Assembly (NCBI RefSeq): GCF_006345805.1
Contig: NC_043004.1
Coordinates: forward strand, 75,764,001-75,828,000
Direction: 5' to 3'
Length of the DNA: 64,000 bases
Source of the DNA: Octopus sinensis
Taxonomy: Eukaryota
Both the position numbers and the translations under genes were made by a program. Under the pieces are notes generated by a model that did not search any database, was not told the origin of the DNA, and saw only the letters and a list, made by a program, of their open reading frames with translations. This document shows, piece by piece, positions 12,337-25,829 of the stretch (position 1 is the first letter of the stretch; each line of letters opens with the position of its first letter).

Positions 12337-12925
12337 CATCATCATTGTTTAACGTCCGTTTTCCCTTGCTGGCATGGGTTGGACGGTTCGACTGGGGTTT
12401 GGCAAGCCAGGAGGCTGCACCAGGCTCCAGTCTGGTCTGGCAAGGTTTCTACAGCTGGATGCCCTTCCTAGCATCAACCACTCCAAGAGTGTGGTGGGTG
12501 CTTTTTACATGCCACCAGCACAGACCAGAGAAGGCTGGTAATGACCACAATCAGTTGGTGCTTTTGTACATTCCACCGGCACGGAAGCCGGTCAAGGCGG
12601 TGCTGGCATCGGCCACATTTGGATGGTGATTTTTTATGTACCACTGGCACAGGGATCACAACTACACTTTTCATTTGATTTTGATGTACTTGACTCAAAA
12701 GGTCTCCTCAAGCATGGCATGTCACACTACAATCCAAGGTACCTTTGAGTGGGCTGGTTATGTGACACTGTGTAGGTTACAGCTGTGATCTCACTTTATT
12801 TGCCAGGTCTTCTCAGTCACAGCATATCTTCAGAGGTCTCGGTCTTTCATCATTGCCTCTGTGAGGCCCAACATTCAAAGGTCATGCTTTACCACCTCAT
12901 CCTATGTCTTCCCGGGTCTCCCTCT
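12337..12925 (-). mobile_element. RTE LINE 3' UTR plus ORF end
   Basis: Minus-strand translation RGRPGKT*DEVVKHDL*MLGLTEAM..DRDL followed by the UTR and (GAT)n tail. Confidence 0.85.
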
Positions 12926-13787
12926 ACAATACTCATCTATTGTTATCAAAAAATGAAAAGTTAGCCTCATTTTTGAGATTTTCAGTGTCATTAATCATAA
13001 TAATACATTTATCATAACTATAATAATATTTTATGATAACTTTTAATTTTTTTGATAAAAATAAACAAGTATTGTATGTGTTTTCCTGTTTCGTAACTGT
13101 ATACCTACTTTTGCACCCTACTATATATAGTTTATGGTTCTGTTAAGGTGAGATCAATTAAGAAAGTAATCCATTCAGCGAGAGATAAATATCATTCAAA
13201 CTACACTGTACTAAAGTGAGAGCTCCTAGTAGTTTCTTACCATTTAGACATGTGGATAGGCAGGTTTTTATTATGTGCCTTGTGTCTCCAAGCAATCATC
13301 GAGCTCTGAACACATGGTCTGTTCTGTTTGAAAAACTTACAAATATATACATCATCTTTTAACATCCATCTGTCCATGCTTGCGTGAGTCACACAGGGAT
13401 TCATTGAGGCAGATTTTCCTATGACCAGCTGCCCTTCCCCATAGCTACACATGTTTATGCAGAAAACTGGAAACAAAGGACTTGTATGACAGTCATGCTC
13501 TTATAACTATCCCTTGATGTCAAGACAGGTGAGGATACACACGCATGCATACATACATACATACATATATATATATATGTGTGTTTGTGTGTGTGTGTGT
13601 GTGTGTATACATGCACACATCTACAATCGGCTTCTTTCAGCTTCTGTCTACCAAATCTATTTGCAAGGCTTTTAGTCAGCCCAGAATTGTAGTAGAAGAC
13701 ACTTGCTCAAGGTGCCACGCAGTGGGATAGTTTTGTAGACTATCCTTGTGAAAGCTCCTCATCTATATCCATGAAGATAATGAAACA

Positions 13788-14150
<363 letters not shown>

Positions 14151-14187
14151 TAATAGTGACTGCATACTTCAGTTTAAGCAGTTGTTA

Positions 14188-14535
14188 TTACGTTAGCAAA
14201 GGCAGAGGTATTTTTTTCTGTCATGTTTGTTTGCCCATGGACAAGATATCTCAAGAACCATTGGATGGATTCAGATGAAACTTCAAGGATGTTTGGCTTC
14301 GTGACTGGCACAAACTGATAAGATTTGGGGATTGATCTGGTACCGGACAAGGATTCTGGATTACTTTTCCTGTTTTTTTACTTAATTTTTGAGAGCGGTT
14401 GGGTTCATTTTTAGTATTCTCATTTGTGAGAGCAGTTGAGTATATTTCAGATATTCACATTTTAAAAATCCTCTCTGGCTAATCATGAGAGGACATTGGT
14501 GTTGCCTTGGCGGAGGTTTGTGCTCTCTGCATGCT
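14188..14535 (+). mobile_element. Helentron/HINE (DINE-1-like) non-autonomous element
   Basis: Shared with 57899-58209 and 38341-38480; gccttggcggaggtttgtgctctct 3' end, internal (TTTG)n in the 57.9-kb copy, T-rich insertion context. Confidence 0.5.
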
Positions 14536-14641
14536 CATGCTATTATTAAATGTTAGTTCAATTCTATGAACAGTTTTCAAGTTTTTCATTCAGTACTTGC
14601 TCAGTGTATTAATTAATCAATCAAGCCTAATAAGCAAAGAT

Positions 14642-14860
14642 GTGGAGGCACATGGTCTAGTGGTTAGAGCAGCAGACTCATGGTCGTGGATTCAAATCTT
14701 AGACCAGGCGATGTGTGTGTTTATGAGTGAAACACCTAAGCTCCACGTGGCTCTGGCAGAAGGTAATGGCGAACCTCTGCTGACTCTTTCACCACAACTT
14801 TCTCTCACTCTTTCCTCCTGTATCTAGCAGCTCACCTGCAATGGACCAGTGTCCCATCCA
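14642..14860 (+). mobile_element. SINE with family D head and alternative tail
   Basis: gtggaggcacatggtctagtggttag head; tail ctcacctgcaatggaccagtgtcccatccagg. Confidence 0.7.
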
Positions 14861-15214
14861 GGTTCCCCCCTCATGCCACATAATACCCTCAGTGCCCCCA
14901 CTCCTATTTTTATGTATAAATAGATATTATATATTTTACTAATTTATATATGCTATGAATCATTTGATATTCAATATGATATTATATAATTTGTATACAA
15001 TACTATAATATAATAAATTCATAGCGTCCCCTAATCCACTGCCTTCCTCCCAATGCCTCCTTTTTCTCCACTGACCCCACCCCCTTAGGCACCCTGTCAA
15101 GGGGAAGTAGCACCCACTTTGAGAATCTATGAACTAAACCTTTCAGAGGGGTACCCCAGCATGTCCACAATGCAATGATGGACACAAGTGAAAGATCAAA
15201 GATAAAAAGAATAT

Positions 15215-15575
15215 TCTTTTACTTGTTTCAGTCATTTGACTGTGACCATGCTGGAGCACCACCTTTAGTCGAATAAATCAACCCTAGGTACTTATTCTAT
15301 CGGCCTCTTTTGCCAAACCGCTAAGATATGAGGACGTGCCAAGCGATGGTTGGAGACAAACAGACACAAATACACACACACACACACACACTCACCCACA
15401 CACACATATATATGGTGGGCTTCTTTCAGTTTCCATCTACCAAATCCACTCTCAAGGCTTTGGTCAGCCCGAGGCTATAATAGAAGACATTTGCCCAAGG
15501 TGCCACGCAGTGGGACTGAACCCGGAACCATGTGGTTGGCAAGCAAGCTACTTACCACACAGCCACTCCTGCACC
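15215..15575 (-). mobile_element. SINE family C
   Basis: Reverse complement of 16839-17252. Confidence 0.85.
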
Positions 15576-16838
15576 TAACACAATAATATTTGCAATATAG
15601 AAGGAAAATTAGCCACTATACACCAATTTATATGCTATTTTTAGTTAGATTGACTTTAGCAATTAAAGTATGGTGCTACGCAATGCAATAATACAACTGT
15701 CTGTATTTGAAGTCTTTACCATTATGGTCAATAGCTCAGCACTTTTAACTACGAAGTGCTTTGAGTACGGATACAAATTTCACTGTATTTTAATTGTTTA
15801 TTTAGTTAGTAAAATTGTGAATTTATTGTTAGTATCATTGACATGTGTTGAAAACATATTCTAAAAATAGTCAGACATTTCAAGCATCTCGGTCTATTCC
15901 CCCTCCCCTCCTCCCACTCTCTCTCCTCGTCTTTACTTTCTTTTTCTGTCTTCTTTCTTTCTGGTCTTGTTTACTTTGCCTCCCTCCCTCTCTCTCTCTC
16001 TCTCTCTTTCTTCACTCATTCTGTATCTACTTCTGATGTCCATTATCTATGTCACCATCTATCATTTCTAACTGCCTGTATGTCCCTCCCTCTCTTTCTC
16101 TCTCTCTCTCTTTCACGCACAGGTACACACTCTCACACAGACCTTTTTTCTGTCTCTCCCACACACACACACACACAAACACTCACGCTCTCTTGCACAC
16201 ATACATACACTCACACGCTCATACACACATATCCCCTCTCATATATGCACACACATACTCCCTCACTCACACACACATGCACACTCACACACACATACAC
16301 ACTCACATGCACATACACACTCACACACACATACACACATATCCCCTCTCACATACGCACACACATACTCCCTCACCCACATACACACACAGACACATTA
16401 AAACAAGGTTTATTTCACACACAAATCAATGAGCAAATTTGGAAAGAAAGACATAAAAATAAATCTATATAAGCTACAAATATGAGGTTTTAAAAATGAA
16501 AACATTTAAAATCAATATCTTTCAGTCAAAACACAATACTGGAAAATGAGAAATAAAAACGAAAGACAACTTCTTTTCTCTTCTTGCTGGTAGGAATACT
16601 TCTACAGTCAATCAACTTACTATTGTTGCTTTTCTGATCGTCTTAAATTAAGGACTATCCCATCTAGTTGTCCATTATGGAAGCCCTGGGCCAAAATCTT
16701 GTTATATAAGTTTTCATCTTTTGGCTCTCCAGGGTAGGGAGAGGTTGATAAAATAAATACCAGTAAAATACTAGGGTTGATGCAATTAATTATATCGACC
16801 TCAACTCTTATAAAAAAGAAGAAAATGTATAGCTTATA

Positions 16839-17009
16839 GGTGCAGGAGTGACTGTGTGGTAAATAGCTTACTTACCAACCACATGGCTCCAGGTTCAGTC
16901 CCACTGCGTGGCATCTTGGGCAAGTGTCTTCCACTATAGCCTCAGGCCGACCAAAGCCTTGTGAGTGGATTTGGTAGACGGAAACTCAAAGAAGCCCGTT
17001 GTATATACG

Positions 17010-17041
<32 letters not shown>

Positions 17042-17252
17042 CGTTTGTGTGTCTATGTTTGTCCCCCTAGTATTGCTTGACAACCGATGCTGGTGTGTTT
17101 ATGTCCCCGTAACTTAGCAGTTCGGCAAAAGAGACTGATAGAATAAGTACTGGACTTACGAAGAATAAGTCCCGGGGTCGATTTGCTTGACTAAAGGCAG
17201 TGCTCCAGCATGGCCGCAGTCAACTGACTGAAGCAAGTAAAAGAGTAAAAGA
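16839..17252 (+). mobile_element. SINE family C, near full length
   Basis: ggtgcaggagtgactgtgtggt head, ggttcagtccc B-box-like motif, CORE-like catcttgggcaagtgtctt, aagtaaaagagtaaaagag tail. Confidence 0.9.
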
Positions 17253-19859
17253 GCTTTGTGAGTATTTTTATTTGCTATATCTTGCTTGATACAGTCTTTT
17301 AACTGTGGCCATGTTGGCACATCACCATGAAGAAATTTATCAAACAACTTCACCCCGGTCCCTTTGTGTTTTTTGGGGTTTTTTTTGAAGCCTGATATTT
17401 ATTCTACTTAGCTAAGAGGACATAAACAAACCAACACTTGACAAATAGTGAGGGGACAAACACAGAGATACACATACACATGCATATGACAGGCTTCTAC
17501 AGACAACGGTTGGCCTGGGGCTATAGTAGAAGACACTTGCTCAATGTGCTGCGTTGTAGGACTGAACCTGAAGCCACATGATTACAAAGTGAGCTTTTTA
17601 ACCACACAGCTATGTTAGAAATCATCATCATGGATCATTGCCAGGATTGTTGTTAGTGTCAGACAAAATGCCTGGAATTATTTGTTATGTTCTTTACATT
17701 TATATCTCACTGCGGTTAATTTTGCCTTTCACCCTTCCAATGTTGGTAAAATGACGCAGATGTGTGGAGCTACTGTTAGCAAAAGTCTGATGACTTTGAG
17801 AAAATGTGGACTGTAATATAAGTGCAAGCATGGCTATGTGGTTAAAAAGCTTGCTTTGCAACCACATGACTGCCGGTTCAGTCCCACTGTGTGGCACGTT
17901 GGACAGTTGTCTTCCTCTTCAGTGCCAGGTTGACCAATGCAAATAGATTTGGTGCATGGAAAATGCATGGAAACCCATCATGTGTGTCGTTTTTTTGTCC
18001 TACCGCTTGACAACCGGTTTTAGTCTGTTTATGTCTCCATAAAAAAAAAGTATGGGTATTGAGCTGTTAAATTAAACCCTTCAATGTACTGCCCCAGCAT
18101 GGCCACAGCCCAATGACTGAAATGAGTAAAAGCAATAATAGGTAATGCATTAAAATTTCTACTTCATCTGTCTTTACCTTCTGAGTTCAAATTCCGCCAT
18201 GGTCGAATTTACCTTTCATCTTTTTGGGGTCGATAAATTAAGTACCAGTTTCATACTGAGGTCATTGTAATCAACTGGCCCCCTCCCCAAAAATTTCAGG
18301 CTTTGTGCCTAGAACAGAAAAAATTAAAATTTCTACCTTCGCATACACAAATTTGAAAGGAATCGCACCAGATACAAGGTTTGTATTACCAAGGAACTAA
18401 TAGAAGCAATTACATTTCTTAGAACAAGATCTTGCTATGTTTTGAATCTAGATTTTTTATTTATCCCTTGCTCTGAAGATACATTGCTTCTTCAATAAAT
18501 TTCATTATGATAATCTCGGTTTTTACAATATGATTTTTATTTCATTTAATCTGATCTTTCATGTTATTACATTCACTTCAGTTTTGTATTTAAACAATTC
18601 TTTAATCTTGTTAAAAAAACAAAGTTTTGCATTTTAAGTCTATTTCTTTAAAAACAATCATTTGTTTAGTTACTATGAAACTGTTGTGTGATCTCAAGAT
18701 AAGGAGACGCAAACACGTGCACACATACATAAGAGACAGGCTTCTTTCAGTTTGCATCTGCCATGCACGCACACTCATATATATAAACATTTACACATAT
18801 ATGCATAATATATACATATGTACATACATATACGCCTACCTCTGTGTGTGTGTGTCTTGAGTGAGATCTTTGCCACCAAACTACATAGTCAGTTTTTATC
18901 TTTTGCTTGTTTCAGTAATTAAACTGTGGCTATGTTGGGGCACTACCTTGAATTTTTTTGTGAAATGAATTGACCCCAGTACTATGGGTACACATGTCTG
19001 TGGAGCGCTCAGCCACTTACATGTTAATTCCATGAGCAGGCTGTTCTGTTGTTGATCAGATCAGCTGGAACCCTTATCATAAGAGTTCCAGTTAGTCTGT
19101 GGTTAATTCACGTTTCCTCCCCCAATCTTGGAGGCCCTATAAAGGATAACAGGTGCTACCCTTCTTCCAACTAAGCTAGAAAACACAAATGGAATTTATT
19201 CTTATTTGAACCACAAATCTACGGATGATGAGATTTCGCTGAGGTAATAATAATAATTTGCTGCATATTTCCAATGTGATCTCTGAAATGAACTAAAGAA
19301 TTTAAGTTTGGTTTTAAAAGTACTTTACACAGTTTACAAAGGGCATGGATTTGCCATGATTCACAATTTTATTCTCTTCAGTCTACTGTATTCAGCATAA
19401 CATAACTTGACAGACGGAAAAATCAAACAAGATCTATCATCGTTTGCAAAGCTAGCAGAGTGAAAAGTACACTCGGCGAAAACATTCTACATCAAATGAC
19501 AACAAATATTGACTTTAACTTAAGTTCAAGTTTAGTTTTCTCAGGGAATATAATCAACTAAATGAACTCTGGTATGTACACCTGATACATATTTCAGATC
19601 TCTGAGGGATGAAAGACAAAAATCAGCTCTGGTGAGATTTGAACAGAAAACTCAGTAGGACTGTGCAATGCATTTCATCCTGTGCTGCAGTGTTGAGGCT
19701 GTCTTCACTACCTTTTGAATAATAATAACAATAATAATAAATATTGAATGATATAGATCCTAAACATAAACCTTGAGGCAAAGTATATGTATGATCCAAG
19801 GAATCAGAAATATTTTCGATAAAGACTCTCTTTCTCTTGTTTGATCTTTAAGGCAAAAA

Positions 19860-20060
19860 TGAATGTCTTTCAAAGAGAACTCCAAACACTGATATCCTAT
19901 GGAAAATATTCAATAAAATATTATGTTCCGCAATATCAAAGCGAGCAGAAAGATCAATCAATAGAACCACGATTCCATGTTATCTTATAGCAACCATTAA
20001 ATTTCAATATCTAACAACCATTATTCACTGTTGTAGTGCTTCTTGTTACCAACTTGATTT
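19860..20060 (-). pseudogene. Degenerate CR1/L2-type reverse transcriptase fragment
   Basis: Minus-strand frame reads VVLLIDLSARFDIAEHNILL, matching the LLDLSAAFDTVDHxILL motif of this LINE group. Confidence 0.65.
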
Positions 20061-20247
20061 TTAAGTGTCTCACATTGTTTACTTAACTGCCATAAATACA
20101 TATCTGGACATTTTTATAAACAAATGATAAATTAAAAACAGAGCCACTAATGAGAAAACATTTGTTTGCTACATCCTTATTTAACTTTGGTATTTTGTAG
20201 TCATCAACCAATAAAATTTAAGTCAATTGTCTTGGACTTGCCACAAG

Positions 20248-20280
20248 TACTTATTATTATTATCATTATCATCATCATAA

Positions 20281-20320
<40 letters not shown>

Positions 20321-20367
20321 CATTATTATTATTATCATTAACATTATTATTTTTATTATTATTTTTA

Positions 20368-20437
<70 letters not shown>

Positions 20438-20463
20438 TATTTTTATTATTATTATTATTATTA

Positions 20464-20520
<57 letters not shown>

Positions 20521-20712
20521 GGTGGTGAGCTGGCAGAATCATTAGCACGCTGGGTGAAATTCCAAGCAGTATTTCATCTGCTACTACATTCTGAGTTCAA
20601 ATTCTACCAAGGTTGACTTTGCATTTCATTCTTTCAGGGTCGATAAATTAAGTACCAGTTGTATACAGGGATCGATCTAATCAACTAGTACCCTCCTCAA
20701 AAATTTCGAGAA
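20248..20712 (+). repeat. (ATT)n run (20248-20518) followed by SINE family B (20519-20712)
   Basis: Direct reading of the sequence. Confidence 0.85.
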
Positions 20713-21134
20713 AAGAAAAGAGTATTCTTTTCTCACTTTTTTTTTTATCAATGAATTGGAATGTTACAATATGAACACACCAATATAATACAATTATCAA
20801 TGTCTCTCAGATCCCCAAAGGCTGGAGAGAAACAAGATGTGCAGGAATTGTTGAGTGTGCATGAGAGACATTATATATATATGAAGCTGAAAGAACAGTT
20901 TTATGCTAGAGAGACAATTATATTGATAGGCAAGTGTGATGAGAATTGATGGGAAGTATTAGATGAGAAAGTTATGTGTGCAGAGGTTAGTATCTATGGA
21001 GGAGAAAGAATTGGAAAGGAATTGGGAGTTTAATTTCAAAATGCTGCTTCTCACAAGATTGGTGACTAAAGAGCAAAACATTGGAAAATTGTTATTTGTA
21101 AATCTCACAATGAGAGATATTCAGCAACGGTACT

Positions 21135-21457
21135 TTGGAGTAAAGATTATTTGCCAACATAACATGGCAGTCCTGGTTTAGGACAAATGTTGCTGTAATT
21201 TAGCCCCAGGAGACATTATCTCCAGCTGGCTATACGACACGATTGTTCGGCTGATGAAGGGAAATAACCCGGAAATCACGCAACACAGATATTGTTTTGA
21301 GGTGAGTAGGGGTGCTAGATTCCCTTGTTCAAAAATATAAGGACACAGATCGTGTCGTATAGCCAGCTGGAGATGATGTCTCCTGGGGCTAAATTACAGC
21401 AACATTCATCCTAAACCAGGACTGCCATGTTATGTTGGCAAATAATCTTTACTCCAA
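21135..21457 (+). mobile_element. 109-bp inverted repeat around a degenerate hammerhead-like core; putative Penelope-like element end
   Basis: Arms 21135-21243 and 21349-21457 differ at 3 positions; the loop begins tgttcgg-CTGATGA-agggaaataaccc-ggaaa. Confidence 0.6.
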
Positions 21458-22399
21458 TTAGTGGTTTGTTTATTTTTTTATTCATTTCAGTCACTGGACT
21501 ACAGCCATGCTGGGGCACCACTTTGAAGGGTTTAGCTGAACAAATTGACCCCAGTACTTATTTGATCACTTTTGCTGAATCACTAAGTTATGGGATGTAA
21601 ACAAACCAACACCAGTAATCAAGCAGTAAGCCAGGAACAAACACTAAGACACACAGTCTGATGACTGGCAAGCTAAGAAGCTGCACCAGGCTCCAATCTA
21701 ATCTGGCATGGTTTCTACAACTGGATGCCCTTCTTAATGCCAACCACTCCTAGAGTGTAGTGAGTACTTTTTACATGCCACCAGCATGGGGACCAGTCAA
21801 GCGATACTGGCATTGACCACATGCAAATGGTGCTTTTTCACATGTCCTCGGCATAGGAGCCAGTCAGGTGGCACTGACATCGACCACACTCGAATGGTGC
21901 TTTTTATGTGCCACCAGCACTCTGAATTTCAAAACTTCTCACTGAAATCTTAATAAGAAATCAACACTTGATAATCTCATCTTTGATAACATTATGTTCA
22001 GTCTAGTGTAATCTGATATTTATTTACAAAGTTCCTCTGTCTATCTGGTGATATTGATTCACCACAATACATGTTGTTATATAACAGAAAACGAATACTA
22101 TACTCAATGTGTCTGTTGTACGACTAACAATATTCTCTCAAGATTTGTTTTCCCATGAAAAGCAATAAATTTACCGTCATTATTAAGAAGTATTGTTTTC
22201 CATCAGCGTTTTTGCTTTTATTTTAACCTAAACTGGATTGACAACTTCTAGATTTTTCTATTTTAAGATATTTAGTAGAAAATAAAACAAGACAACAACA
22301 AAAATTTTCAGACCATTTTTCCCAACTAAAACTAGGGTTGGCCCTACAGTGTATTATGATGGTCTTCTTCATTTTGCTCAGTCTTCTACATTTCCCACT

Positions 22400-23530
22400 C
22401 ACTAAACCCTAACCCTTATTTGCTTCCCCTGTCTCTTTTGGTCTTCTTTTACTCTTCTTCCTTTTGCATTTACCTCCATCACTCCTCTTACTATTCTATA
22501 TCATCCTTCTGTAGCCCAACTCAGCCATTTCTCTTCACAATGCCAGTACTGCTTTGATAACCATCATTCATTGATTGTCTCCTCTCTGAAGGCAGCAAGC
22601 TGGCAGAAACATTAGCACACCAGGTGAAATGCTTAGCGTTATTTCGTCTGTCTTTATGTTTTGAGTTCAAATTCCACCGAGATTGACTTTGCCTTTCATC
22701 CTTTTGGGGTCAATTAAATAAGTACCAGTTACACACTGGGGTCGATATAATCGACTTAATCCATTTGTCTGTCCTTGTTTGTCCCTTCTGTGTTTAGCCC
22801 CTTGTGGGTAGTAAAGAAATAGTTATTTTGTCTGTGTTTATGTTTTGAGTTCAAATTCCACCGAGGTCGACTTTGCCTTTCATCCTTTCAGGGTCGATAA
22901 ATTAAGTACCAATTGCATACTGGGGTCGATCTAATTGATTGCCACCTCCCCAAAAGTTTTCGGCCTTGTGCCTAGAGTAGAAAAAATTGTCTCCCCTCTT
23001 CTCTCTCTCTCTCTCGCTCTCTCAACATTACTCAGCCATTAACTCTTTATCATTTAAACCAGCCATATCTGGCCAAAATATTCTTCCCGTTTTATGGTCA
23101 AACTGGCCAGATCTGACCTTTCATACCTACCCTACAGTGTCATATCATCAAAATATCAAAGCTATGAGATAATACTGGGTCAATTCAAAACAATATGGAT
23201 AAATAAGCATCACATTCAATAAAATAATCCGAATGCTAAAGGGATAAGCCATTCTCACATCCTTTCTTTCCAGCCTTCTCTACTACTCCGCATTCACTTC
23301 CTACAGCTGGCCCCCATAAATCGTAATACTTCTTACACAGGCAGCATACATCTTACCCTTCAGTTTCATCAACATTCCCCTCATTCAGAACTCCTTCCCT
23401 CTAATCACTGTCACCAAGTCCAGTACACTTCCTCCATGCAACATGTTGCCTGAATGCTATTCTCAATATCAACCTCGCCATTTTGTCCACCCACAACCCC
23501 TTCCATATACACTTTATTCTTAAATGTAGA
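22400..23530 (-). mobile_element. Old RTE ORF relic fragmented by a SINE B dimer (22590-22985) and a TTAA MITE (23043-23243)
   Basis: Minus-strand translation MKLKGKMYAACVRSITIYG..RRLERKDVRM at 23250-23400 and VMEVNAKGRRVKRRPK at 22430-22500. Confidence 0.65.
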
Positions 23531-24159
23531 TGCTACATAAATCAATAGCCCTCTCAATCCACTCTATTTTCATGAACCCGCCAAAAACCAAACACTAAGT
23601 ACTGGGATCGATTCATTCAACTAAGAATTTTTCAAGGCTGTGCCCCAGCATGGCCGCAATCTCGTGACTGGAACAAGTAAAACATGACAGATAAAGATGA
23701 TGATTACTATTACATATGGGCAGGATATAGTCCAAAGTACCCTGTGAAGTTCTCCACCGCCATTTACCAAACGTGAAGGTGGGGAACCCTGCTTGAGGCA
23801 AGGGCAGAATTTATTCCAAAACAAGGCAGTCATCGTCAAATATTTATACAGCTGTTCTGTCTCCCACTTTTCTTCGTGTTTGTAACAAATAATGTTTTGA
23901 TGATTAAAACATTGGAAGCTTCTTTCCTTAGAGTAGTCTTTCTTAACCATTTTTTCCCTCTTTGGACCTCTTTGATTTCTGTTTTAATCGGGTGGACACC
24001 CACACCCATTCAGTATTTAAAAAATTGTCATATTTTTTATAACGAAATATTATTCGGAAGCGCACGAATAGAATTCTTCAACTATTTTGTGTATTGTAGA
24101 AATATAACCAGCTTATTCCATATAAATTTTAACAACAGGATCTGATATGGACCCCCAGT

Positions 24160-24497
24160 CAAGGACCACTGCCCTAGAGGAAATTGACCACTATCTTTTA
24201 CTTTTTATAAGTCTGGTACTTATTCTGTCAGTTTCTTTTGCTGAATCACTATGTTACAGGGATATAAACAAACCAACACCAGTTGTCAAGCCGTATGCAG
24301 GACGTAGACAAACACAAAGACTCACATGTCTACGACAGGCTTCCACTCAGTTTCCATCTGCCAAATTCACCTACAAGGCATTGGTTGATCTGGAGTTATA
24401 GTAGAAAACACTTGTCCAAGTTGCTGTGCAGTGAGATTGAACCAGAAGCCATGAGATTGCAAAGCAAGCTTCTTAACCTCACTTCCATGCCTGTGCC
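24160..24497 (-). mobile_element. SINE family C
   Basis: Family C body and head in reverse. Confidence 0.75.
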
Positions 24498-24944
24498 TGT
24501 ATAATATATCTTTAGTTTTGCACACCTTTCTTCAGTGAAAATTATTCTGGAATTCTTTTGACTGACCAAGACAAATAACTGTATCACATTTAGGTGTCTA
24601 TAAATGTTGTTAGTGGCATCAGGTCTTTGGTATTGATTTGATAGAATATTTTCATTCTTTGCCTGCAGATTTGAAACAGACTGTGAAAATTCTCATCTTC
24701 TGCTGACTTTCAACCTAAATTAATAGAATTATTTTCCTGTTTTTAGAAAATTCTGTTGACTAATGTAATATTTTCTATTGAAAATCCATTTCCTCTTTTC
24801 TTCTTTAGTGAAGGCCAGTTAGATATAGATATATGATGCTCTCTTACATGTAGTGGGTGGATTATAGCAAATTCAGTTAACCCTTGTGTATCTCTGGTAC
24901 TTCAAAGCCCCTAATGTAATAATGAAAAGCAGCGAAGGTTACAC

Positions 24945-25365
24945 TGCAAAGCCTCGGCTCATTTTGCAACTGCTTGATTTCAGTTTCGGTCCCACTGTGC
25001 AGCACCTTGGGCAAGTATCTTCTACTCCAACCCTAGGCTGACTAAAGCCTTGTGAGTGAATTTGATGGACAGAAACTGTGGAAGCTTGCTGTGTGTTTGT
25101 GTGTATGTATATGTGTGTGTTTGTCAAGTGGTGGTGGGGGACAAACACAGACACAAAGCGAGAGAGACACACACACACACACACACAAAGAGATACAGCC
25201 ACATATATACAATGAGCTTCTTTCAGTTTCCGTCTACCAAATCCTCTCACAAAGCTTTGGTCAACCTTGGGATTTAATAGAAGACACTTGTCCAAGGTGC
25301 TACACAGTGAGATTGAACCTGGGCCCATGTGGTTGGGAAGAAAGCTTCTTACCACACATCCACAC
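24945..25365. mobile_element. Two SINE C copies tail-to-tail (plus 24945-25120, minus 25125-25365)
   Basis: gcaccttgggcaagtatcttc on plus and gaagacacttgtccaaggtgc as its reverse complement. Confidence 0.75.
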
Positions 25366-25829
25366 AAATCTAAATGGATAATACCATTCCTTAGAACTTG
25401 TTTTTATATACACACATGTATATGGGCAAAGTATCTTGAACAAGTGGCCTTAGGTCAATCAGGGCATTGTGAGTGGATTCAGATGGCAGAAGCTGCAAGA
25501 AGACCATCTCGTGTGTGTGTGTGTTTACATTTGTGATAGCTTGTTTGGGTATGTGGCGGGCTGTGTTGTCAGTTTCTCCTGTCAACAAATTGTCCAATCA
25601 CTTCTTTCCTTCAAAGCCACATGAAATAAATGATCCCTTACTTGAAAAACAAGTAAGGATTAGCTTCAGTGAGGGCATCTAGCTGTAAAACATTAACTCA
25701 AATAATGTACTCATCCCACCCATGCAAGCATAAAAAGACAGATGTAAAACAAACAAAGCCAAAAGAAATACCACGAAGCAGTTTTGTCCAACATGCTAAC
25801 AATTCCATTAGCTTGCCAACTTAATAATA

